Source: Candidatus Bathyarchaeota archaeon
Lineage (GTDB): Archaea; Thermoproteota; Bathyarchaeia; Bathyarchaeales; Bathycorpusculaceae
DNA length: 64,000 bases
Reading direction: 5' to 3'
NCBI GenBank assembly: GCA_963768425.1
Contig: CAVYHV010000014.1
Location: 1-64,000, forward strand
Below, piece after piece: positions 29,939-42,654 of the stretch (position 1 is its first letter; each line of letters starts with the position of its first letter). The notes beneath the pieces are model-generated. The model saw only the letters and a program-made list of their open reading frames with translations, made no database searches and had not been told where the DNA came from. A program made the translations under genes and the position numbers.

Positions 29939-30222
29939 GATAACTGAATCGTAATCCCAGACTCCACTATTTTTTTCTAATCATTTTTTACCCTTTTCTT
30001 CTGAATATCAACCAGTTTACTGATTGACTTTTGGCAAGGTGCTTGTGTAGCACGTGTGGTTGTTCCAAAATCAATTTGCAAAGTATCTGATGCTTCTGGA
30101 TTTGCTTATTTTGTTTATGTTTAAAGCTGCTTCAGCTGTAAGAAGCATGCGTGACGATCTATTTGTTGGCTTGAAAAGGTTTATTAGCGGCTTCGGATAA
30201 TCGATATATCGATTAAACGATA

Positions 30223-30717
30223 TTGGATCAAATGATGGAAATGTCTAGAGAAGATAAACGTCGTGAGCATCACCATTTAGGACGGGGAGTTCATCTGGGT
30301 TGGTGGGATCACCACAGACGAGGAGGCCTCCGGACATTGGTGTTCTCAATACTTCAACAGGAACCAAGAAACGGCGCTGAAATAATGAACCAAATAGAGT
30401 TAGCCAGCCATGGACATTGGCGGCCATCGCCAGGCTCAATTTACCCTCTGCTGGATCAACTCTGCAAAGAAGAAAGCATCAGCAAACGTGAAGACGGACG
30501 ATATGAAATCACTGAAAAAGGCAAAAAAGAATTCGAATGGCCTTATGAAATGTACTCAAAACAGCCACGTTCTGCAGATGGTGCAATAGAAGAATTGAAC
30601 AGCTACATCTCTTATCTCGAAGACCTAAAACGCATGGACCCCTCCAAGATTAACCCCAACATAGATAAACTCAAAAACGTCAGAGACCGACTAACAACAC
30701 TCATAGACACTACGTAA
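30223..30717 (+). CDS. PadR-family regulator with His-rich N-terminus
   Basis: WRPSPGSIYPLL..YEITEKG. Confidence 0.88.
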   Translation: MDQMMEMSREDKRREHHHLGRGVHLGWWDHHRRGGLRTLVFSILQQEPRNGAEIMNQIELASHGHWRPSPGSIYPLLDQLCKEESISKREDGRYEITEKGKKEFEWPYEMYSKQPRSADGAIEELNSYISYLEDLKRMDPSKINPNIDKLKNVRDRLTTLIDTT

Positions 30718-31386
30718 TTTCATAAAAAGTAAACTTTCTGAATACTCATTTTAGGCCATTACTTATGGTAGATTCAAAGCAGTATAGCACGCGCTATGGA
30801 AAACCTATTATAATTTCAGAAACTGGCAGCACCCGTCTCATGCAAAAATACATGTTGGGTAAAATGTGTCCCTACAATGCAGGTCAACGGATTGAGATAG
30901 TAAATCAAGCTTTGGGAATACTTAATGATAATCAGTGGTATCCGATTTAGAGCGCGCGAGAATACTATATTATGCTCCAAGGACAAGGATTTGGCATGAG
31001 ATCCGAGAAAGGGATAACGGATCACCCCCAGAAAAGTTCGTTTTCCTGAGGTAGGGAGAAGGTACTAATCCGACCTTGGTCGCCCCGAGAGATCATAGAT
31101 TGGACTTCGACACCTTAATTGAAATTTACAAAAGTAGCCTTAACAGGCAAGTTTGAGCAAAGGCACTCAGACCGTTTCGGGGGTAAGCTCGGTCCAGCCC
31201 ATTCAAACCACCTAGGAAAGAGTACGAACCCTGTAGAGACTCAAACGCAAATAGGTTAATGAGATTATTTTTTGCCCGTCGCGTTCTTTAGTTCAGCAAA
31301 GCATTAACTCAATAGACCTCCGCAATAGCGACATCGAAAATCACTTAGAGCTACGCTCCCCAAATATTGAGCACATAAAAGATCAG

Positions 31387-32511
31387 TTATGTAGTCCAAG
31401 AGCGCCTCATGAGGAATGCGCCAACGCCGACGCAAGCGATTGCATAAAGCGCAAGAACCAACAGGGAAAAAGGAAGCCCTGTAGGGTTGGGGTAGAACAA
31501 AGCCTGCCGCAAAGTGTCAATCGAGTACCGTGTCGGAATAAATGCGCTTAAAGTCTGGAGCCAGCGGGGAACCAATTCAATTGTTGTGAAACCTCCGCCT
31601 AGGAGGAATAGGTAAATTGCAGTTATTGAGGAGAGAAACGCTACGTATCTTGAACCTTTTATTAAGGTCCCAATTATTGCGCCGATGCCGGACGCACACA
31701 ATGCAGTTCCTAAAAATATCCCAAACAACGCCGGTAACTGATTAATTGGCAGGCTAACAAAACCAACCAGGGCTCCAAGCAATACTGCTGGAAGGACGAT
31801 TGCAAAACACGCAAGAACACCTCCCAAAATGCGACCAGAAACTAGCAGCCAAGAACGCTGCGGCGATAGAGCTAACATGTGAGCAGTCTTGCTCTCCCTA
31901 TCCAGCGCACACAAGCAGGCTGTTCCAACAAGACCCACGTTCAGAATCAAGAGCACGAAAGTGGGAACAAACTGATAATGGAACCAGTCAACATTAGTCT
32001 CCCTAATGTATTGCTCGTCCAGAGATACATGATACACGTTAGGTAAGGACGTATTTACCAAACCGTCCGAGATAAGGCTTGGAGCATCGAATTCCACAAC
32101 CGAGCGGTCAACGCTTCTGCGAATATCGTCCGAAAAATCAAAGTCTACGTTGTTAATCGTGAGAAGAACCTTTCCAGTTCCGTTCGCCACCTGCTCATCG
32201 AACGTGGACGGGATGGTAATGACGGCAGCGACCTTTTCATCCTGCAACATGGTATTTGCATTAGCCGCATTAGTCACCGTGAGATCATATGCCTCTGTAT
32301 CCGATCTGATAATTTGAGCCATCTGCATCGACGCAGGGCCAGTACCTTGGACAACTAAAGCAACAGGCTGCTGAGTGACCGACAGACTCAAAGTTACAAG
32401 GACCAGCGTCATGGCAATCGGCGGAATAAGCGCGCAAGCTGCAGTAAGAGGCATTTTCCTCCACCTCCTAAGGTCATGCAATGCGATCGTAAACAGCGAC
32501 TGAAGTTTCAT
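31387..32511 (-). CDS. ABC-2 permease
   Basis: Extracellular loop plus six TMs. Confidence 0.88.
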   Translation of the reverse strand: MKLQSLFTIALHDLRRWRKMPLTAACALIPPIAMTLVLVTLSLSVTQQPVALVVQGTGPASMQMAQIIRSDTEAYDLTVTNAANANTMLQDEKVAAVITIPSTFDEQVANGTGKVLLTINNVDFDFSDDIRRSVDRSVVEFDAPSLISDGLVNTSLPNVYHVSLDEQYIRETNVDWFHYQFVPTFVLLILNVGLVGTACLCALDRESKTAHMLALSPQRSWLLVSGRILGGVLACFAIVLPAVLLGALVGFVSLPINQLPALFGIFLGTALCASGIGAIIGTLIKGSRYVAFLSSITAIYLFLLGGGFTTIELVPRWLQTLSAFIPTRYSIDTLRQALFYPNPTGLPFSLLVLALYAIACVGVGAFLMRRSWTT

Positions 32512-33611
32512 AAAAAGCCCCTTCTGGAGAAAAACCACGCTAAAGCCAACGCGCCGATTCCCCACCCAACCAATGCGAGAGCAAGTAGGACGAGCGGCTC
32601 AGGCGTGACCTTCAAATTGAAAACGGCGTGTTCCATCAAGCCCACCGCATAGTATTCAGGGGAAAAGTGCGCTGCCCCCCAGATGAGGCTCCCGTCGAAC
32701 CGCTGCGGCTCGTACGAACCGCTGAAAAGAAACAAAGGAAGCGCAATTCCGAGAACGAACAAAGCCACCGGGAGCGTTTTTTTCATGACTGCGCCGAGTG
32801 CGGCGCCGATGCAACTGAAAATGGCAATGCAAAACAGAAGGGTTAACACCATTTCAAGTGGTTGAGCGGGCGAAATGCCATACCCCACAAGGGCCACGAA
32901 GACTGTAATTGCTATTGCCCCAGCCGAAACCAGAGCAGTTGCCATTACCCGCCCGATCAGCGGAATGAGTGGGGGCACAGGTGAAATCGCAAGAATCTTG
33001 GCCGTTTTCGATTCAAACTCTTCTGCAACTGAGAAAGCGCTCAAAGTACCAGATATTATGAGGGCATCCAAGACTAAAGCGCTCGCAATCATGTAGTTGA
33101 TGAAGCTTGTGTCATGGGCGTAAGAGTCGGTTTCGACCACACCAACGTTCACGCCTTCAAACTTTAGTCCATCACCAAAACTCATAACGGCCGAAGGTAC
33201 CGCACGCTGGATGTCTGCAGTTAGGTCACTGTTGATGTTGTCGATAAAAACAGTAATAGGCACGGTCTTTCCTTCACTGATGTTCTCCGAAAACCCTTGC
33301 GGAATAACGATCATTGCCACAAGATCACCCTTTGCAACCATTTCCCGCGCAGCCGTCTCATTACTCATGAAAATCAAGTTGAATGAGTGATGGTCATTTT
33401 CTAGGCTATTGATGAACGCTTGTGAAAGCGGACCGTTGTCGTTATTCACCAAAGCAGTTGGAGCATAAGCCCCGGTCATGCCGAAAAGCGTCACGAGAAT
33501 AAGAAACGTCACTGATTGAACCAAAACAAGTGCAATAAGCAGGCGTGATCGTCTCAATCTGCTTAACTCGGCATTCATTCCACCTAGCAATGCGCGCAGG
33601 TTCTTTTTCAT
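32508..33611 (-). CDS. ABC-2 permease
   Basis: Same architecture, translationally coupled. Confidence 0.88.
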   Translation of the reverse strand: MKKNLRALLGGMNAELSRLRRSRLLIALVLVQSVTFLILVTLFGMTGAYAPTALVNNDNGPLSQAFINSLENDHHSFNLIFMSNETAAREMVAKGDLVAMIVIPQGFSENISEGKTVPITVFIDNINSDLTADIQRAVPSAVMSFGDGLKFEGVNVGVVETDSYAHDTSFINYMIASALVLDALIISGTLSAFSVAEEFESKTAKILAISPVPPLIPLIGRVMATALVSAGAIAITVFVALVGYGISPAQPLEMVLTLLFCIAIFSCIGAALGAVMKKTLPVALFVLGIALPLFLFSGSYEPQRFDGSLIWGAAHFSPEYYAVGLMEHAVFNLKVTPEPLVLLALALVGWGIGALALAWFFSRRGFL

Positions 33612-33613
33612 GG

Positions 33614-34576
33614 TTATCGTCCAAGCGATTTGAACACTTCAGACAGATCGGGTGCGCGAAAACAGAACCCCTCAATGCTGCCGTACTTTGTAAACTCGCG
33701 TAGGGCCTCATCGGGGTTCGCGCCTTTGGCCAAGAATAATGAAATGCCGCTCAAAGTTATGTCGGTACGGGTGACCTGTTGGATATTTTGAACGCCCGAG
33801 GCGATTTTTTTGGCAGTTTGCTCGTCGCATTCGACGTCAATGCAGCTGCCTGTTCGCTTCACTAGTTCGCGAGGTTCCGCAATCGCTAACATTACGCCCT
33901 CTCCTAAAACTGCGACGCGGTCGCATAAGGCTAATGCTTCGTCGAGATAATTTGTCGCAACAATGACTGTCTTGCTCTTTGATCTGAGAAGGCGAAGGTA
34001 AGCCCAAAGTGCATGACGTGTATCTGCGTCAACTCCAAGAGTTGGTTCGTCGATGATGAACAATTCAGGGTCGTGAAGGAAAGCTCGTGCAATCGCAGTG
34101 CGTCTCTTGAGGCCTCCTGAAAGAGTGTTCACGACTTGGTCGCGTCGGTCTGATAGGCCAAGAATTTCAAGGACTTCAAGAATCCTCTTGCGCGAATTTT
34201 GCACGTCGTATAGACTAGCCGAAAATTTCAGGTTTTCAAAAACGGTTAATTCTTCGTAAAGCGCGTTTTCCTGAAGGACAAAACCCATTTTTCTTCGAAC
34301 CTCAGCTGTGTGCGCAGGCATCCTTTCGCCTAGTACATTAATATCTCCTGACGTATGGCTCCGCAACCCGGATATGAGGGAGAGAAGCGTCGTCTTTCCA
34401 GCGCCGTTTTTTCCAAGGAGACCCATAATTTCTCCGCGACGGACGTTTAGCGTAATTCCTCTAAGAATGTCTTTGCCTGAAATCCTGCAGTCGACGTCTT
34501 GAAAACAAATGACATTATCATTCACATTTTCTTTCACAATATCTGTAGATTCGGCAATGGTAATGTCAATACTCAT
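33614..34576 (-). CDS. ABC ATP-binding subunit
   Basis: GKNGAGKTT, LSGG, IDEPT. Confidence 0.92.
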   Translation of the reverse strand: MSIDITIAESTDIVKENVNDNVICFQDVDCRISGKDILRGITLNVRRGEIMGLLGKNGAGKTTLLSLISGLRSHTSGDINVLGERMPAHTAEVRRKMGFVLQENALYEELTVFENLKFSASLYDVQNSRKRILEVLEILGLSDRRDQVVNTLSGGLKRRTAIARAFLHDPELFIIDEPTLGVDADTRHALWAYLRLLRSKSKTVIVATNYLDEALALCDRVAVLGEGVMLAIAEPRELVKRTGSCIDVECDEQTAKKIASGVQNIQQVTRTDITLSGISLFLAKGANPDEALREFTKYGSIEGFCFRAPDLSEVFKSLGR

Positions 34577-35109
34577 GGACTAGACTGGCAAGTGCAATAA
34601 CTATAAGTATTGTGAATTTTCAAATATGAGCCATAAACATTATTCAAGATCATCAAAAAAGTCAGGCAGAATTTCGACCTCAAAACAAGATAGCTCAAAT
34701 TCTGTTTCAACCAATGTTCCAATGGAAAGCAGACATGATTTTGGATAATAAATCGTAACAATTTATTAGTAGTGTCAATACTTCTTTTGCTATCGCGCTA
34801 TGTCTTTTAAATAAGAAGAGTACAAATTATTTGAAGAAGGTTTTTAACCCATTTGGAAGGAGATGGAAGCTCCAAACAGTGCCTAACCTTGCGAAAAACG
34901 ACATAAGTCCAAATAATTTAGTGAAGTGACTCAGACCGTTTCGGGGGTAATCCCGGTCCGGCTCAGCCGCAATAGCTTTTTACTGGTAAAAAGGTGCTGG
35001 GATCCCCCCGTCCAACACTAGCTGAATATCTCCAATAACTTGGTGAAAATACTTTCCAACCGTTTGAAACGCGGATTAATTCTTTTCTTTTAGCTTCGGG
35101 TTTGAACCC

Positions 35110-36039
35110 TTTTTGGGTATGGGGACGGGCAGCCCCACCATTCCAGAACTGAATAAGTATTATTTCATCAAACATTCCCTTTTTTGTAATTTGACTTGGG
35201 ACTCGTGATCGACTAGTTTCTAAGCTAAGACAGTCTCCTTATTCTTTCTCGCTTGCTCCGCACATGTAACACCATCGCAGGTACATCACGCAATAAAAAA
35301 AGATGTTCTATTACTGGCGGAGTCGATATCGAACAGCGTTTTGGGAAGGTCGAAAATGATATAAACAGTTTTTGTCCTACTGGTCACCGTGGTAAGATGG
35401 CTGAAAAGCTGTTAGTTGTGTTTGAGTTTATTTTGTTTATTTGAGTACATAGGTTTAGAATACAATGAGCATAGGAAACTGTTCTGTAATGTTTAATATT
35501 TTAGGTTTTGGTGTTGGTTTAGATGGTGATGATCAGTTGAATTATTGATGATATTGTAATATGATTAAATGCTGCTTTGCGTTATGGATGTTGAATGTTG
35601 TAGCATTTAAGTTTTTGATGTTATATAAATGGCTATAGAATAAAGTGAAATTTTTTGGTTGTTGTTATTTGGTTTGAATTGCTATAGTTTGATTTAAGGT
35701 TAAGGTGAATAGATTGCAGAGAAAAAGATTTAACAGTTGTTTTTGGGTATGGGGACGGGCAGCCCACCATTCCAGAACTGAATAAGTATTATTTCATCAA
35801 ACATTCCCTTTTTGTAATTTGACTTGGGACTCGTGATCGACTAGTTTCTAAGCTAAGACAGTCTCCTTATTCTTTCTCGCTTGCTCCGCACATGTAACAC
35901 CATCGCAGGTACATCACGCAATAAAAAAAGATGTTCTATTACTGGCGGAGTCGATATCAAACAGCGTTTTGGGAAGGTCGAAAATGATATAAACAGTTTT
36001 TGTCCTACTGGTCACTGTGGTATAATGGCTGAAAAGCTG
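35110..36039 (+). repeat. ~300-bp near-identical duplication (35110-35411 / 35740-36039) with C-depleted spacer
   Basis: Direct comparison of the two copies; probably a read artefact. Confidence 0.85.
35126..35140 (+). other. att core: tRNA-Pro-like 3' end
   Basis: CGGGCAGCCCCACCA ends in CCA and resembles archaeal tRNA-Pro acceptor end; no 5' tRNA half upstream. Confidence 0.65.
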
Positions 36040-36477
36040 GATGGCGTAGATAGAACGATTTTGAATATGCTTCAGAAAGATGCTAGGGTTCCTTTTTCTC
36101 ATATAGCAGTTGAAGCAGGTGTAAGTGAAGCCACTGTTAGATACCGGGTTAAGCATCTGGAGAAAAACAATGTAATAAAGACGTACACTGCACTGTTGAA
36201 CCCTGCGAAAGTTGGTTTTTCAACTACAGGCATTATGATGGTTAAACTTGACCCGGCCATGTTTGAGCAGGCCGCCAAGCAAATAGGCGATTTAGCTGAA
36301 ACATACCACGTTTTCCAGAACACGGGCGAATACGACATCGTTTCCGTTGTGCACACTCGTGACCTTGAGCATTTGGGCGAACTCAGGAAGAAGGTACAGT
36401 CGTTTGTAGGTGTGAGGGAAGTTACTGTTTCGGCAGCTACGCGGATTGTGAAGATCAAGACTTCTTTCGATCTCTAA
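36025..36477 (+). CDS. Lrp/AsnC-family regulator
   Basis: LDGVDRTILNMLQKDAR..SEATVRYRVKHLE..TGEYD. Confidence 0.92.
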   Translation: MAEKLDGVDRTILNMLQKDARVPFSHIAVEAGVSEATVRYRVKHLEKNNVIKTYTALLNPAKVGFSTTGIMMVKLDPAMFEQAAKQIGDLAETYHVFQNTGEYDIVSVVHTRDLEHLGELRKKVQSFVGVREVTVSAATRIVKIKTSFDL

Positions 36478-36657
36478 TAGACTTTGCGAATTTCGATAAA
36501 TAACACGTGTTTTTTATCGTAAACCGAAACATTTTATAGCTGCCTCTCGAACTGTTGTTCAGGAGTTTTCCTGCCAGAACCCAAAGGAAGGAAACATATT
36601 GAACAACAACCAAAATAACAAACCAAGACTGGTAACAGTCTGCAAGAGGAAAAACAA

Positions 36658-36855
36658 TTGAAGTGGTATTATTGGCTTGTAATAGCTATCTTGGTTATCG
36701 TGGGAATTTCCACATTAGTTCCAGCGCCTGGAAGTCCATCAAACTTAATCGGGTACTCATCAGTAGATCCGGCTGCACCGGTAAGCGGAATAATACTTTG
36801 GGTAATCGCTGGGGTAATCTACTGGTTTGGAAAAAGAAAGGAAAAGAAGCTCTAA
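36658..36855 (+). CDS. Small 2-TM membrane protein
   Basis: Two hydrophobic helices, basic tail. Confidence 0.6.
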   Translation: MKWYYWLVIAILVIVGISTLVPAPGSPSNLIGYSSVDPAAPVSGIILWVIAGVIYWFGKRKEKKL

Positions 36856-36947
36856 TTCCCCAACTTTTTAGGTTTATTTTGGAAAGATTTTGTTCATAGA
36901 AAGCAAACAAAAAAACGTCAAGCCATGGTTGAGGAAGGTTCGTTGAA

Positions 36948-37376
36948 ATGACCGCAGCTCCCTTTGCAAGCACGATTGTTGCAGTAGCTCTAATCCCAGT
37001 GGCGTTCTTTTTTGTTCATGCCTTCCTAAGTGGAAAGCGCAAGAACCGTTTTCACCCAGTTACTGGAATTTTAGCAATTACATGGGACTTAACAGTTTCA
37101 ATTGGTTACATGATGTATCGAACATTTGGCGGAGCAGTAAACGGGTCAACTTTGCAGTTAACCCCTCTTCTAAACGCTTACTTCATGGTTGTCCATGTAC
37201 CTGTTGCTATTATTGTAATGTCGTTGGAAATAGTAGTTCTCGCCCTTGGCTTATGGCAGCTAAGAAAGAGAACTGCAAACCGATGGCACGGGAAAATAGC
37301 TAAAGCCCTGTTCTACATATGGTGGTTCGCTTTTCTGTCGGGAGAAATACTATACATCTTGCTGTACATGATTTGA
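36948..37376 (+). CDS. 4-TM membrane protein with three His residues (DUF420-like)
   Basis: RFH, VH and RWHG pattern. Confidence 0.55.
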   Translation: MTAAPFASTIVAVALIPVAFFFVHAFLSGKRKNRFHPVTGILAITWDLTVSIGYMMYRTFGGAVNGSTLQLTPLLNAYFMVVHVPVAIIVMSLEIVVLALGLWQLRKRTANRWHGKIAKALFYIWWFAFLSGEILYILLYMI

Positions 37377-37394
37377 GATCTTGAAAACAGAGAG

Positions 37395-37667
37395 TTGATT
37401 AAAGAGATGAATAAGCAAGAAGCGGCATCTTACCTGAAAGAATTCTTAAATAAATGTAATTTAGGGTCTGATTCCTTCATTTTAGAGGAGCCAAACCCAA
37501 ATGATACTCTGTCAAAGGGATATAAAATACGTATAATAGCTTCTATGAATAATGCTTGCAGGGAACAAGTAAAAACAATTACTAAGAAACATGACTTAGC
37601 GGTAATAGAAGAACAAAATCAAATCATAGTCTATAAACCTAAATCAACCCAACTGGACATTGTGTAG
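37395..37667 (+). CDS. Hypothetical protein
   Basis: 90 aa ORF. Confidence 0.5.
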   Translation: MIKEMNKQEAASYLKEFLNKCNLGSDSFILEEPNPNDTLSKGYKIRIIASMNNACREQVKTITKKHDLAVIEEQNQIIVYKPKSTQLDIV

Positions 37668-37771
37668 ATTCTTTATTTTGTCTAGCGCGCTTCAAATCAA
37701 ACTCTCATCCTTAGCTCTTCAGGATAAATCCCCACCTTCAAGGCGAACCCCCAGTCTTTGGAGACTGAAGG

Positions 37772-37864
37772 CTATTTTCTGAAAAGCTTGAGATAACCCA
37801 TTTCGCAAACGTACTCGTAGCCTGCGTCTATTAGTTAGCAAACTTCTTGTTCCAAGTGAGCTAC
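37772..37864 (-). pseudogene. C-terminal remnant of tyrosine integrase
   Basis: Translates VAHLEQEVC*LIDAGYEYVCEMGYLKLFRK*, resembling the LIEAGFEYV..KLFRK tail of archaeal (TACK) integrases. Confidence 0.55.
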
Positions 37865-37893
37865 TTATGCTGTATTGTTATCGATAGCTCTTG

Positions 37894-40069
<2,176 letters not shown>

Positions 40070-40307
40070 TCAAATTAAAACAACTCCTTACTGTTGGTTC
40101 TATTATGAGACCAATTTAAAAGTTAAAGTTATAACTAAATTAGATAAAATACGCTATTGAATAAGAGAAACAAGATTATTATTTAACAAACCTAGTTTCG
40201 GAATTGAATCAAAAAAACTGGATAGCTTAATGAGTTCTTTTCTGTGTCTCTCCAAGATTCAATTCGATAACTTACTGAATCACGTAATTTAGGGACAAGC
40301 CAAGACG

Positions 40308-42353
40308 CTAAATTAAAAGACTGAGAAGTCTAAAGGCTATTCCGCCAAGTGCCAAGGCTAAACCAATGTCGATAGCTGCCATGCCTAAGGATTTTTTCCA
40401 TCCGAACTCTCTCTTGCAAGCTGCAAGCGTTGCTAGGCAAGGGAAGTAAATCATCACGACTAATGCGAAAACAATCATCTGTACCGCGCTAAGCGACGTC
40501 AAACCCAAGCCAACAGCAGCCAACGTCGTAGCTAGTAAAATCAGTGTCAGTTCTTTGCGAAGAATCCCAAATATCAGCGGAATGGCACATATCGCAGGTA
40601 ACCCCAACCACCAGGTCATTAGCGGACTTGCACCTGCTACTAAATATGGCATCAAACCAGACAATGCAAATGCCTCTACGGCAAGGCTGCCTACAATGAT
40701 AATTGGGAAAGCCACGAAAACGAAGTCTTTGCTGCGACTCCACGTCTTTAGCACCACAGTCTTAGCTAACGGAAGCTTGTAGTTAGGCATCTCCATTATT
40801 AACCCGACAGGCTCGCCAGGCAAAACTTTGAAGGCAATTCTACCCATTGCGAAAACGAGCGCTACGTCGAACAGGTACAAGCCGACAACAGCAGCTAACC
40901 CTACATACTTGCCTACTAATCCCAGAATAACGACGGTTCGGGCTGCACAGGGTATAAGTAGAACAACAAATGCGGCTAGGAAGCGTTCTCGTTTTGTCTC
41001 CATTATCCGGCATCCGATGCATGCGGGCACGCTGCAACCGTAGCCAAGCATAAGCGGGATGAACGCCTTGCCGTGCAAGCCGATCTTATGCATAGCATTG
41101 TCCATAAGGAACGCGGCACGGGGCAAATAGCCGGTATCTTCCAGCAGAGAAAGAATAACGTAGAATGGTACAATGTAGGGCAATGCTATTGTTACACCGG
41201 CAGCGACACCCGCGACAACGCCTTTCACGATTAATTCGACAGCGATAGATGGTAAGAATTTGCTTAGCAAAGCCGTAGAACCCGCTGATATCCATGCGAC
41301 GCCTCTGTCTAACACGCCTGAGAGCAGGCTTCCTCCTGCGAAAATGGCGCCAAATATCGCCGTGACTACTCCCAATAGAATCAAGTATCCATACACCTTG
41401 TGTGTGGTCACCGCGGCTAACTTTTGTTCCAAACTTATTCGCGGGGTCGACTCAAGCGTGACAGCTTCCTTGGCTATCTTACTTGCCAAAGAGTATCTCT
41501 CAGAAGCCATGATCACGGCTGAAGTTTCACCATGTACAGTCTCAAGTTCGGAGTTGATTCCGTCAACGAGTTCCAACATGGCTTTTCCGTCTGGAGTGGC
41601 TTCGACTTTGCTCACGATATCTGTATCTTTTTCAAGCAGCTTGATGGCAATCCATCTAGCTGGGTAAATGTTTTTCAACTGAGAAAGTTTGGCAACAACG
41701 AGGTTTTCTATGGCTCGGATTCTTTCTTCGATTTCTTTTCCGTAAGTAGGCTTCATCAGTTTAATTTTGTTTGGTTTGTCTACTTGTTCTATTACTGCAT
41801 CGAGTAGTTCGGTGATTCCGGTGCCTGTGGTTGCCACAGTCGGAACTGTCCTTACGCCGAGTACTTTCGAGAGCTTTTCAGTATCGATTCTGAGCCCTTT
41901 TTTTGCTGCAAAATCCATTTGGTTTAGCGCTATAACAAAAGGGACTTCAAGTTCCAATAGTTGCAACGTTAGGTACAGGTTTCGCTCTAGAGCCGAAGCG
42001 TCCACCACGTTGATGATAACGTCTGGTTTCTCTACGGCTAAGTATTCACGTGAGACAATCTCTTCCATCGAATAAGCTGACAGAGAATAAGTACCTGGTA
42101 AATCCACGATGCGAATAGTGTAGCCTTTATAGTGTAATGTGCCCTCGGCACGTTCTACGGTTTTTCCAGGCCAGTTGCCCGTGACTTGATTTAGTCCAGT
42201 CAGCTGATTGAATATAGCGCTCTTACCGACATTGGCATTTCCAGCTAACGCTACGGTTAACTCTCCAGGGCATTTGCCTTCTTTTGTACTTGAAGCCGAC
42301 CCAGATTCGCAGCTGCAAGCTTTGTAGACTCTTCTTGGCTGGTTAGTTTCCAT
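40308..42353 (-). CDS. feoB: Ferrous iron transporter FeoB
   Basis: GNANVGKS, GNWPGKTVE, DLPG GTPase plus membrane domain. Confidence 0.96.
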   Translation of the reverse strand: METNQPRRVYKACSCESGSASSTKEGKCPGELTVALAGNANVGKSAIFNQLTGLNQVTGNWPGKTVERAEGTLHYKGYTIRIVDLPGTYSLSAYSMEEIVSREYLAVEKPDVIINVVDASALERNLYLTLQLLELEVPFVIALNQMDFAAKKGLRIDTEKLSKVLGVRTVPTVATTGTGITELLDAVIEQVDKPNKIKLMKPTYGKEIEERIRAIENLVVAKLSQLKNIYPARWIAIKLLEKDTDIVSKVEATPDGKAMLELVDGINSELETVHGETSAVIMASERYSLASKIAKEAVTLESTPRISLEQKLAAVTTHKVYGYLILLGVVTAIFGAIFAGGSLLSGVLDRGVAWISAGSTALLSKFLPSIAVELIVKGVVAGVAAGVTIALPYIVPFYVILSLLEDTGYLPRAAFLMDNAMHKIGLHGKAFIPLMLGYGCSVPACIGCRIMETKRERFLAAFVVLLIPCAARTVVILGLVGKYVGLAAVVGLYLFDVALVFAMGRIAFKVLPGEPVGLIMEMPNYKLPLAKTVVLKTWSRSKDFVFVAFPIIIVGSLAVEAFALSGLMPYLVAGASPLMTWWLGLPAICAIPLIFGILRKELTLILLATTLAAVGLGLTSLSAVQMIVFALVVMIYFPCLATLAACKREFGWKKSLGMAAIDIGLALALGGIAFRLLSLLI

Positions 42354-42654
42354 CAGGGTTTGCCTTCAGCTCTTGCACAAAAATCTCTGATGCCAATTCG
42401 TAGCCCAAGGCTAAGGACGCGCCCCTTACTTCGATTTCTATGGGTCCGTGGAAGCTGCATTTGCGCAGAATTTGAAGTTCGCATCCAGGGGTTAAGCCCA
42501 TCTCGCATAGACGTCGCACAACGTTCTCTTTGCCGGAAGAGTGAGTCATCACGGCTTTGGCGCCTTCCTTTACACACGTTAACGGGACTATGCCTTCCGA
42601 GTTTAAGCAAGGATCTTGTTTTATGCTATGACTTTGTCTACGTCTCAACTGCAT
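42343..42654 (-). CDS. feoA: FeoA
   Basis: RRLCEMGLTPG..GPIEIEVRG. Confidence 0.9.
   Translation of the reverse strand: MQLRRRQSHSIKQDPCLNSEGIVPLTCVKEGAKAVMTHSSGKENVVRRLCEMGLTPGCELQILRKCSFHGPIEIEVRGASLALGYELASEIFVQELKANPDGN

Larger units (their letters stand above)
31165..34950 (+). repeat. 22-bp direct repeat pair flanking an ABC operon
   Basis: ACTCAGACCGTTTCGGGGGTAA at 31165-31186 and 34929-34950. Confidence 0.8.

Noticed and set aside
30765-30950. Glycoside hydrolase gene (KPIIISETG)
   Set aside because: Only a short fragment; cannot support a functional gene
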